Made by a program: the position numbers and the translations under genes. The notes beneath the pieces were generated by a model that was given only the letters and a program-made list of their open reading frames with translations, was not told where the DNA came from and made no database searches. From Torpedo marmorata (Eukaryota), in contig OZ360228.1 in the NCBI GenBank assembly GCA_977017645.1, forward strand, positions 79,112,001 through 79,176,000: a DNA stretch of 64,000 nucleotides, written 5' to 3'. This document shows, in pieces, positions 53,911-64,000 of this stretch (the first letter of the stretch is position 1; each line of letters begins with the position of its first letter).

Positions 53911-55994
53911 AAGTATTAGTCCGAAATTAACGTCATCCATATTTAGTAGCAGAAATACATCATTTCTAACCAAACAAGAACTATATTCGTTATGGGGGAT
54001 TGATTACTTTAACAGCTTATTCAAATTCCGACACAATTTATCTATTTATTGATGCAAACTAAATTCGTAGTTGATCGAACAATTGTCATTCGAAACACTA
54101 TTTTTTAAAAAATTGTCATTCGAAACACTATTTTAAAACGCAGTCTCGTCCGATACAGATACTGAATTGGACGTTACATTGACCATTCTCCCCGCATTTT
54201 CCAATTGCAGGACAGATCTTCAACGGAAACGATATTGGACGCTATAGTGGAATATTGCCAGGTCTGTTGTCTGGGATCGTCTGAAGGCATTTTGCTTTAC
54301 CGCAATATGAATTCAACGTTTAAGTATTTGTTATCCAAATCACTTAATAGCACATGAGCAACCTTAGCTAGAAAATATATAGAGAGGTAAGACACAATGA
54401 CTCCTTTCGTTTTCAAGATCTGTAAAAAGAAGCTCAAACCGAGTTCACGATTTAAACGGGACTGGCTTGTTTTAGCCTGCACCTTTATCAATATTAATTA
54501 TTGTTAATGTCCTCACATTATACCTGATATACAACTGATTATGCTGTTGAACCCTTTACCTTATGAATACGGAATAGTTGGCAACATGAACGAGGTGAAA
54601 CGTGGGTGATTATTAGTGACTGTGATTTAACTCGACACTTTTATTCAGAGTAAATTAATCTGGATTTTAGTATTTTCAATAAATATATATTTTGATTTCA
54701 AATGAACATCGCGAGTTGCAGCTCTTCAAGCTCTACATAATATGGCGATGAGGAGGTCCCTCCCAGCTGCATCATGGGGAGCATCCTGAGGGCAGGTATC
54801 GGCCAGTTCTGTTGGCTCCGGCATAGTGTTGAGCCATGCGAGCGTCATATCATTTCCAGTTAAAGTTCGCCCTTTTGTAAATGCACGATTAATCGTGCGT
54901 TTCCCCTAACATATTTAATTGAACTGTCACTCTTAATGCATTCTAACGCCTTTAACATTAACCAAGGGGTGGTGTCCCGAGCGATAACGCATCTAAGACC
55001 AATACTGATGCATTATAAATTAGGAAATGACACCTCTCTTTCTCGACAGTCGAAATGTATCCCCATAGACAGTTGCGTTTTGCTTAATGTATTCCCTACT
55101 TAAAACAACATCGGATTATCAAATCTTGTAAAAATACACCACACCCCAAAACGGATGCAATAAATTCATGATCTCACTCTCTGAGCTTTTACTTAAAACG
55201 TAACCGTGGATGTAATTCGCTGTAACCTACTTTGAAGGGGATTACAAGCTTCTAATGGCCTATGGTAAAATATTCTCTTTAAGCACCCAGAAAGTGGGGA
55301 TGCTTAAAAACTGTTTTAAAACCCGCTGCTTGATTATCAGTTTATCGCAATTTAAATATGGTGTTCTTAATCGAGTTTGGCTTTTACTTGTTGTTTGTGC
55401 CAGTGAATGCCCAGGTTCCCAAAATGAACCCTGAAACTCGAAAGTAAGTTTTGTTTTCCTTCTTTGAACGTTTGCGATTAAAGTTGTTAAGCTTTAGCTA
55501 TGAAATCGGGATTCAGAGTTTCAACCATAAGATAGCAAACTATGATTACACAAAATGCCTGCTGTTTGTACCAAATGCCTGGTGTTTGTACCAAATGCAG
55601 TGTCCCGTGCAAGTCCACAAAGATAGATTCAACGGAAATACACACATACATATATATATGTGTGTGTGTGTGTGTGTTGTGTGTTTGTGTGTTGATATAG
55701 AACCATTTTAAATGAAAGAAACACGAGCCGAAAAACAATGTTCTTTTAAAAATGTAATTATTAAAATATATTTAACCTAAGTAATTCGATATATTTTTTT
55801 TAATAGATCAATGCTATTTATTTATGAAATGTTAACTTGAGAATTTAATTAAATCAGTTATAGTTTAAATAAGAATGCTAATATTTCCTCATGGGTTGCG
55901 TTTATTACTGCGATGAAGTTGACAGTTGGAAACATTTGCCAGGTTCTACAACCAGATATAAAACAAATAAACCGGTTTAACGGGTACTCGAGTA

Positions 55995-56094
55995 AAAACG
56001 CAGAAATGCTGGAGGAACTCAGCAAGTCTCGCAGCATCCATAGGAGGGAAAGATATATCACCGACGTTTCGGGCCTGAACCCTTCCTCAAGGTA
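55995..56094 (-). mobile_element. Penelope terminal-repeat fragment with hammerhead-like motif
   Basis: Minus strand ttgaggaagggttcaggcccgaaacgtc; homologous to 61455-61561. Confidence 0.75.
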
Positions 56095-56269
56095 CTCTAA
56101 TTCCGATTAATTGGATTGATAATCTTTAGATCATTCAAAAAATAGATTCGACTAAAATGACTGATTGTTACCGGTACAAAATATTCATTACACAATTTGC
56201 TGTAATTTACTAAACATCAGATTATTTTGCTTAAATCGAATGTTAAAAGAAAACCTGCCATCTCTAGTG

Positions 56270-56560
56270 TGAGATAGTGCAGTCTTTGTCCACTTGAAGG
56301 TTGGATGTTTCGGAGCAACAAATCTTCGAGGATTGGGAGGTTTGTTTCTGCAGCATATTCCACAGAGACACTTCATTAACCCAATTAGGCAGGTGGATGG
56401 AGAAGGGCTCCGATCATTTACACCTTGCTAATGAAGTGTGCAACTCCTAATCTCCTTCAAACAAGATACAATCATGAAATGCCGCTTCATAAAAGAGAAA
56501 TTAATTAGGTGGAACTATAGGATTAGAGCACAGGCGCTCCTCAAAACCCAGAGTAACCTG
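56270..56560. promoter_or_regulatory. candidate conserved enhancer about 10 kb downstream of Otx2
   Basis: Dense homeodomain sites (cattaac, caatta, TAATCT 56448, ttaatta, GGATTA 56520) and E-box caggtg. Conservation was not verified. Confidence 0.4.
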
Positions 56561-57299
56561 CCTTGTTGCTTTTTGTCTTAATTCAATCGGCAACATTTAC
56601 CGAAGAACATGACTCCCACCGTTCGTATTTATTCCTTGAACTCTAAAACAAAACTACTCGCCTAGACGGACACGCCTATATATGAAATGTGCCCATCTCT
56701 CTTGACCATGTGTGTGAATCGTGTTCAAGCAATTGTGAAGTTGTGCATTTTAATAAACTACAACACAGTCCACAGTATGTAGAATTTTTTTTCTAATAAT
56801 TAGAAAATAATGTTGCAACTTACATTTGACTTTCTGCACACAACACAACCCTTCCAATGAATAACTAGGGTGAATGAGTAAAATATTGGGCTATTCTTGA
56901 AAGTGATTATACAAAATATGGCGTTATTGCAAAAATACAAGTGATTACAAATTGATTTGTGTGCATCATTTCAGATGTTGCTAATTCTTTTTCTATTTTA
57001 GCATTTGTGTTTAACCCATATGAATCAAAATAGATTACAGCAGATAAAATAGGAAAACGTTCCAAGTGTGAAAATATTTAAATTACCTGTATAAGATTAT
57101 AAAAAGTACGCGAATGTTTACAACTCTTTTATAATGGAGATAAATCTGATAAAGTACTGTAGTCATTTGTCCATTCTGCCTTGAGAAATATTGCATTCGA
57201 ATTCTGTAAAATTGTGTTAGTGTGTTGTAGTTAATTCTATTTTGAATTGTTATATTTTTGCATTTTTAAAAACACCTGTTTCAAAATTAAGAATTTAAA

Positions 57300-57541
57300 A
57301 AATATTATTTTATTTTTTTATTTACAACACCGGCCATTTAAACCCATGGCGCCCAATTACATTCAAATTAACCTACAAAACCCTGTTCGTTTTGAAGGGT
57401 GGGAGGAAACCGAAGCACCTGGAGGAAACCCATGCAGATTCATGGAGAACATACAAACTCCTTACAGTAAGCGCCAGATTTGAACTCGTGTCGCCGGCGC
57501 TGTAATAGCGTTGCGCTAACCGCTATGCTAACCGTGCCGCC
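57300..57541 (-). mobile_element. tRNA-derived SINE (V-SINE/HE1-like)
   Basis: Minus strand ggcggcacggttagcatagcggttagcgc (box A), gagttcaaatc (box B), then a V-domain-like ggagtttgtatgttctcc..gggtttcctccaggtgcttcggtttcctcccac. Confidence 0.85.
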
Positions 57542-59039
57542 TTAATGTTAAAAACATTTTCATAATAATGTATATTTAAAATACACACACATTTTAGCTT
57601 CTTGGTATAAATTACAACTCATCAATTTTGTAGATACGTTATTGCATGCAACCTAGAAATGGTTTAGAGAATGCAAAAGATATTAAAGGTCATGGTCATA
57701 GCAAAAATGAATATAAATATCAATTCAGGTATGCACATTAGAAGCCGAAATGACATGACAACATTGAGGTACCACACAAATAGGTCAATTATCAAAATTG
57801 CAAATGAAGATCAAGAAAATTATGATCAGAAAGAAAATAGTTACTTATTGCAACCTCTCTTCATCTGTATTATTCCTAATATATGTTTTGTATGCCTCTG
57901 TGGAGTAGATATTTTGAACAAAATGTTAGTAGATGTTAAAGGAACAAATAACAAAAAAAGGTACCATAATGATTGCCACCTCACATTATGAAATGACTAG
58001 TTCTGTTCAATGCAACAAATTTTTAGCATTTTTAACAATTGAAGAGAAATCTTCCAGTAGTTTTCAATCCAGTTAACATATATGTAAATATTGTTGAGGT
58101 GATTAAATGTTATTATTTCAGTACTGATTTTAATTTAAAAAAATCACTTAGCAATGGCATTTATTTTAAGCTTTTATTGTTTAATTGAATATTTTAAACA
58201 CGATTAACTTACTTTTATATTCAATGCCCCACCCATTAAAGGCAAATATACAATTTGTCTTCTTTATCATCCTATCAATTTGCATTGCTACTTTCAAGGA
58301 GCTATAAATCTAAACTCCCAGACTCCTTATACACCCCTTAAATGTTTGCATTTTCCACCATCTACAAGGCATGTCAGTTGCATAATGAAACTTCCTTCAT
58401 TTTCCTGGATGAGAACAGATACAAGAGATTCAAGAATTTCAACACAATTCAGGGTAGAGTAGTCTGCTTAATTGAAACCTGATCTTGTGCCTTAAACCAA
58501 AGACAGAAATGCTGAAGAACTCAATCAGTCAAGCAGAATCTGCAGAGAGAGCAACTATGTAATGCTTTTGATTGAAGACCTTTCCTCAAAAGTTGTTTCT
58601 GTTTTTTCTGCTCTTCAAAAATAGAATTTCTGTTTTTGTTTCATATTCTGTCATCTGCAATTGCATTTGTTTCCACTTGTGCCTTAAAGATCCACCACAA
58701 TGCACTACAGGTTTACATGTGCCTTCTGCAAGAGGAACTGAAGCAACTTGCCAATGTTTCATTGACCAAGCTCTGCAATGGAAGAAGGGCAGTGAGTACA
58801 TGGGAACAACACCACCTGCAACTTCCCCTTCAAATCACAAACCATTCTGAATTATTTTACCTTTTCTTTATTATCGTTGGTTAAAGCAAGTTCACTATAT
58901 GGATGTTGCAATTATTCAAGAAGGTGGCCCAATTATGGATAGCTTTGACAGTGAGACCCACATGTTGTGAAAATTTTAAAAAAGTGTATGAAGGCAGCTA
59001 GGATGAGGTTATTTCTGGTGCAGCTTTACCTACCAGTCA

Positions 59040-59455
59040 GACCACAGAACTATAGAACACTACAGCACAGAAACAGACCCTTCAGTATCTAGTTCATGCC
59101 AAACTATTTATTCCACCTTGTCCCATCATCCTGCACCCAGACCATACTGCTCCATACCCCTCCCATCGATGTAACTATCCAATCTTCTCTTAAACGTTGA
59201 AATCAAATACACATCCAAAACCTCGGCTGGCTGCTCATTCCACATGCACCAAGGACATTTTCTTTCCTGCTGCTGTCAGACTTCTGAACGGACCTTACAT
59301 TAGTAAATTAATGTTGTCATTACTCCATTCTAACTGCTCTCTCTCTCTCTCTCTCTCTGTAACTCTGCACTGTGTTTTATTTGGTGACATTATGTGTGAG
59401 TTGACTTGCTGGATAGCATGCAAAATAAACCTTGGTACACATGACAATAAAGATT
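59040..59455. mobile_element. CR1 tail fragment (minus, about 59040-59235) abutting a Rex-type tail fragment (plus, about 59240-59455)
   Basis: atagaacactacagcacagaaacag; TKDIFFPAAVRLLN followed by catgacaataaa. Confidence 0.65.
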
Positions 59456-60161
59456 AATTTTGTTATTGTTAATTGCTGAGTAAAGAACATTGCATTTTTG
59501 AGAGTAAATGAGACTTACGCTTGAAGTAGCTTAAGAGGCATTAGTGCACTGAGGTCAGCTTTGGCTTATTCTTGCAAGGAAATGTTGCACACATAATAGC
59601 CCGATTTTCTTATATTTTGTACATAACACAAGAATAGGGATTGTGAGTTGCATTGTTCTGGTGCTTTTACTTGAAGATACATCTGAAATTTTAGCTGGCA
59701 TAAATAGTAAAAACTAATATCCATAAGGTAATTCATGGTAAGATTACTGTTTTATTTACACAATGAAACAGGTCAACCAAATTATTGGATCATTGAAATA
59801 AGTTGCATTGTATTGAGGAAGACAATTTCTTTTTGTGGTAACGTTAAACATTAATCTGGATTCTTTCCACCACCTCTAATTATATGTTTATTTTACAACT
59901 CCGTTAAAGCTGTTAAGCATCTTCTTTGTTCTGTAGTTAATTCTACTTTTGAATTGATATATTCAGACTGCAGCAATAATTAAGCTGTTGGGAAAGATGT
60001 CAGCTTTTGCCTTGGTGCAGACATTGTGCCAGGTGACTTGTATCAGAATTGGTTGCAAGGTGTGGATCCATATCAGAGATTGGTGAGAACTCTGAAATGT
60101 CTTATGGCATCAAAAACCCAGGAATAGGAGCCGTGGAGCCAAAAACTATTAAATATTGTGG

Positions 60162-60828
60162 TGTTGGGAAGAGTATCAGGTTCGGTGGGTTCACAGAGAG
60201 ACGAGTCTGGACACAAGTGTTACAATCGCACGTAACTTTAATTAACACATGGGAGACAAACGGGAGAACGTTAAATGGTACTCGATTACTATTTCACTTA
60301 AGCAACGATATAGACATTCACCTCGGACCTTGGTTGGACTCCAACAATAGTGAACCCATACTCGACACGCTCACACACTTGAGTACACATACTACAAACA
60401 GGGACTCTTACACACACCCGGTTCCTTGTACCAATGGGGGTGTGGCTCTGCAAGTATTGATCTATCGCAATACTATGGCTCAGCTTCAATGCACACCTTA
60501 CCCGCGACACTTCCAGCGATGTCCACAGTAGCGACCTGGCGTGAAGCGATGTCTGGGGCTTGGACCACGAGGCAGAGAGGAAGAATGTGCTGTGCGTTGG
60601 TGTTATATACAGTGCTAATCTGTGCTTCTGGCCAATAATAACCCTAGGTGATTTAAATTAGCCAACGGTAAGGTGTGCACTAATGGGTGGCCGAAGTCCA
60701 ATCTTGATTGACAGGTGATGTGACTTCCAAATAAGTTTCAGATATGGAGGATACGTGACCACCCGCAATACACACATTCCAGACAGGCAGGGAGGCCACG
60801 TTTCCTCCACACTCAACATTCCACCCTT
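60162..60828 (-). mobile_element. LTR (about 657 bp) of an LTR retrotransposon with adjacent polypurine tract
   Basis: The minus strand starts TGTTGAG (60818) and ends CCCAACA (60162). Purine tract aagggtggaa lies immediately 5' (60819-60828). Minus-strand TATA (gtatataa, about 60604) precedes attaaa (about 60238). Confidence 0.6.
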
Positions 60829-61450
60829 CGGAAGTCACATTACTCTGCAATCACTATGAAGACAATCAATAACTCTATGTACATGTTTTATAACTATAAA
60901 AAAAGGAAAAGAAAAAAACCAAAAAGACGTGTTAAAAAATCAATACCAATCAAGTGGATCAATATATACACAAGTGCCTTCCGTATGCTGGACAAGGCAC
61001 ATATTCAAATTCAATGACAATGCCTCACCAGCTGCCCCCCCCGCCCCCACCACTACCGAACAGGGTCACTGTGTTTCCGATAGAGCAGGGTGCTGTGGCA
61101 GCTGCTCCCCAGTGACAGAGGGGAGGGTAGAGAAAGAAATTTGTCTGGTCACCGACTCGTGTGCCTGGTTTCTCCAGCTTGGCTGGCAAATGTGAGCACC
61201 CTTACCACAGTATGTGAGCAGGCAGTGCAAGGTCATCCATCAGATGCCACAGCCCTCTCTTGGCTTGCGCATGCCACGTCTTGGCCTCACGCTTGGGTGC
61301 TCCCTAAGCACAGACGCCGTGCTATCCTGTGGTGAGGCAGGGGCAGTCTGGCAGACGTATATCCAGGGGCGCCCTGTTTACTGGGCTGTCATTTGACACC
61401 AGGATGTCGTTCCTGCTCGTGTTCTCTTTAAACGGGTGCCACAAGTGCCT

Positions 61451-62387
61451 ATAAAAAACACAAATGCTGGAGAAACTCAGCAGGTCAAACAGTGTCTTTT
61501 ATGTAGCAAAGGTAGAAATACATAACCGACGTTTCGGGCTTGAGCCCTTCATCAAAGTATGAGAAAATGCTGGCAGGTGTCTGAACAAAAGAGTGAGGGG
61601 GGGGGAAGGGGGGGGTGGCAAAGGCAGGAGATGATAGGTGGAGAAAGGAGGGAGGGGACAGCAGCAAAGAGGGGGAGAAGGGATGGCTGGGTGGGTGGAA
61701 AAAACAGAAAGGACAGGTGAGGGGGGAGGGGAAGGAAAAGACAAGCAGGTTTAGTGGAAAGCAGAAAAGTCAATGTTAATGCCATCTGGCTGGAGAGTGC
61801 CGAGACGGAATATGAGATGTTGTTCCTCCAATTTGCGGGTAGTCTGGGTGGGATAGTACATGAGGCCATGGATAGACATGTGAGTGTGGGAGTGTGACTC
61901 AGAATTGAAATGGTTGGCTACTGGGAGGTCGCTGTTGTTGCGGACGGAGAGGAGGTGCTCAGCAAAGCGAGATCCCAATCTACGACCGGTCTCTCCGATG
62001 TAGAGAAAGCCACAAAGGGAGCACCGGATGGAGTAAATAAGTTCTCTGGATGTACAAGTGAAGTATAGTTTTACTTGAAAGGCCTGTTTGGGGCCCCGGA
62101 CCGTGGTGAGGGGGGAGGTGTGGGCGCAGGTGTTGCACCTCCTGCGGGCACAGGGGAAGGTGCCGGGGGTGCGATGGGTGGGGAGGGATGAGTGCACGAG
62201 GGAATCGCCGAGGGAGCAGTCCCTACGGAAGGCCGAGAGGGGAGGAGAAGGAAAAATGTGTCTGGTGGTGGGATCCTGTAGTAAGTGCCGGAAATTCCGG
62301 CTGATAATGTGTTGGATGCGGAGGCTAGTGGGGTGGTAGGTGAGGATGAGGGGGATTCTATGTTTGTTGCGTCTGGGGGCAGATGGG
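61451..62387 (-). mobile_element. 5'-truncated Penelope-like element (GIY-YIG endonuclease plus terminal repeat)
   Basis: ORF 61751..62392 has C..RRCNTC, LIYSIRC..CGFLYIGETGRRL..RFAEH, VANHF and EQHLIFRLGTLQPDGIN. The 13-bp direct repeat gccacaagtgcct is at 61438-61450 and 62388-62400. Confidence 0.92.
61521..61561 (-). ncRNA. minimal type-I hammerhead ribozyme-like motif in the PLE terminal repeat
   Basis: uUGAUGA-aGGGCU(ca)AGCCC-GAAA-c-GUC; minimal hammerheads are known in Penelope-like elements. C3 is replaced by U. Confidence 0.6.
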
Positions 62388-62679
62388 GCCACAAGTGCCT
62401 GTGTTGGATCCCTGTAACGATAGCCAGGAGGAGTCGGGACTGAAAGTTAGCCAATTTGTGATTTTAAATAAAAGCTCCTGAAGCCCCCACCCCATGAGGT
62501 ATTTGTTTCTGTTAATGGGAGGGTTGGGGCGATGCTGTCATTGTCAAGTGAAACAAAATATATACATTTCTTTCTAGTGTTTGATCTGTGACACTCTAGT
62601 TATAAACTGTAACTTTGAAACAGTGAACTGTAACTCTAATTCCCTGAGTGTGCTTAAAGACATTATTACTAGAGCTCAG

Positions 62680-62870
62680 GGTGATTAAAAATGGGAAAAA
62701 CAAAACAAAAGGCCCATTACAAAATCTGCACCAGAATGCGCATAACAAAAGATGCGATCGAATGTCCAATGTTGAGATTTAGGTTTCCATGGCAACAGCT
62801 CTTGCCTGTCTTGCTGAGAATTCTTTGCATAATAAGTGACAACAGCTCCTTGCTGATTAAACAGAACGGT
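62680..62870. promoter_or_regulatory. candidate enhancer with a canonical RFX X-box
   Basis: GTTTCCATGGCAAC at 62783-62796; POU-like tttgcat, Sox-like aacaaaa and gattaa sites nearby. Confidence 0.45.
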
Positions 62871-63924
62871 GTGATGGCTGGAATCAGTGAGGGGATCGCA
62901 GCAGTCTGTTTTGATGACCTTCGTACACCCTCACATCAAGAAGTGGAACAGCTTGAAGGGTAGTCTTCTCCTGGGGGGGTTGGGGCGGTTGGGAGAGCTC
63001 AAAAGATAGATTAGTCAGGGGCCATCTCCGGTGGGGGAGGACCAGAGGGGAGGCGGGTCCAGGTCGGAGTGGGTGGTGCACGGGAAGCTCCACCCCCACG
63101 GGGCTTCCCCCCACAATACTCTCTCCAGAGAGCATACACGTCTCTGTGAGTCAGCGGCAGGGTGACGTCGCCAAACTTCGCCTCAGCCCTGCAAACTTGA
63201 GTGGGCTCTCCCCGCTCTGTGTACTCCAATCACTCCAGGAGGGGAATGGCTTCCCGGACGGTTTTCCCGGTCACCAATCCCATGAGGGCAAGACCATCCC
63301 TCTAAGGTCGGGGCGAGCGGTGGTGACTAATTAGCCCGCCAAGGCACCAGTCACCTTCGTGCTCCCTGGGAAGTGGTGCTTGCGGGCGACCCGTAAATAG
63401 CCACGATCAGTGCCCACTCCCTAAAAACCCGTGTCCCCACGCCAATGGCTTGCCACTGCGACCGGCCGTGTAGACCCCATTCTAGGAGGGCAGAGGACCT
63501 GGCCCGGACCAGCCGTTCCCATAGGGTTGTGCGTTCATCGAACCCTTCTGGCGGCGCCTGCAAGGCATTGCCAATAGTCTGTTGTTCAGACAGACCACCC
63601 AGGGCGCTCGCTTCCCGATGAGAGAGGCGGACATTGGGGGCCCCCTCGTCCCACAGCTGTGGCAACGGCATGGCTAGGTGTTCTCCTGGCCGCTGGTGGT
63701 GTTGGTCCCCTCGCCCGGTTAGCTCCTTGGCAGAGTAGTCCTGGGACTCTGTAATTTCACAGTGACCACATGCATGCCCACCTGAGATACCCCCATCTTC
63801 GGCGACCTCCCTGTTTTGGAGAATCGGTGGAGTGCCCTCGTGGCAGGTCTGGGACCGCGTGGTCACTGATCAGGCTTGCAAAGGCTCGGACACGCATGGA
63901 GGAGGAGGTGTGTCGTAGGACGGT

Positions 63925-64000
63925 GTTAAGAAGGCATACGGTGTATTGGCCTTCATTAATCGTGGAATTGAATTTAGGAGCCGAGAGGTAATGTTGCAGC
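63925..64000 (+). mobile_element. start of a 5'-truncated CR1 LINE running off the window
   Basis: Translates VKKAYGVLAFINRGIEFRSREVMLQ, homologous to the CR1 ORF2 at 16939 and 25298. Confidence 0.85.

Noticed and set aside
54081-54138. Short tandem duplications (also 31082-31133, 55556-55598, 14934-14970)
   Set aside because: Two-copy 20-30 bp slippage duplications with no further structure.

Overview
Eukaryotic (vertebrate) genomic DNA; the repeat content (CR1/HER1-like and Rex/Babar LINEs, a V-SINE/HE1-like tRNA SINE, Penelope elements) suggests a cartilaginous fish, probably a ray or skate (inference). The only host protein-coding gene is the homeobox gene Otx2 (+ strand, three coding exons 44172-46271, 290 aa). 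It lies in a roughly 25-kb TE-poor, CpG-retaining domain (about 32.1-57.5 kb) with candidate alternative promoters and enhancer-like blocks. The left 28 kb is dense in repeats: an apparently intact DD35D pogo/Passer-type DNA transposon (6036-8195) with arrays of its TIR motif; two copies of a 5S-rRNA-headed SINE with a Rex-type tail; a GC-rich non-autonomous retroelement with the same tail; and an old, degenerate 28-bp tandem array (about 12.8-24.5 kb) broken up by at least ten LINE insertions, some nested. The right end has an LTR with polypurine tract, a Penelope element with TSD and hammerhead motif, and an RFX X-box enhancer candidate. Most short ORFs in the ORF track are spurious or TE-derived. 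Repeat boundaries were read by eye and are approximate unless a TIR, TSD or splice site fixes them.
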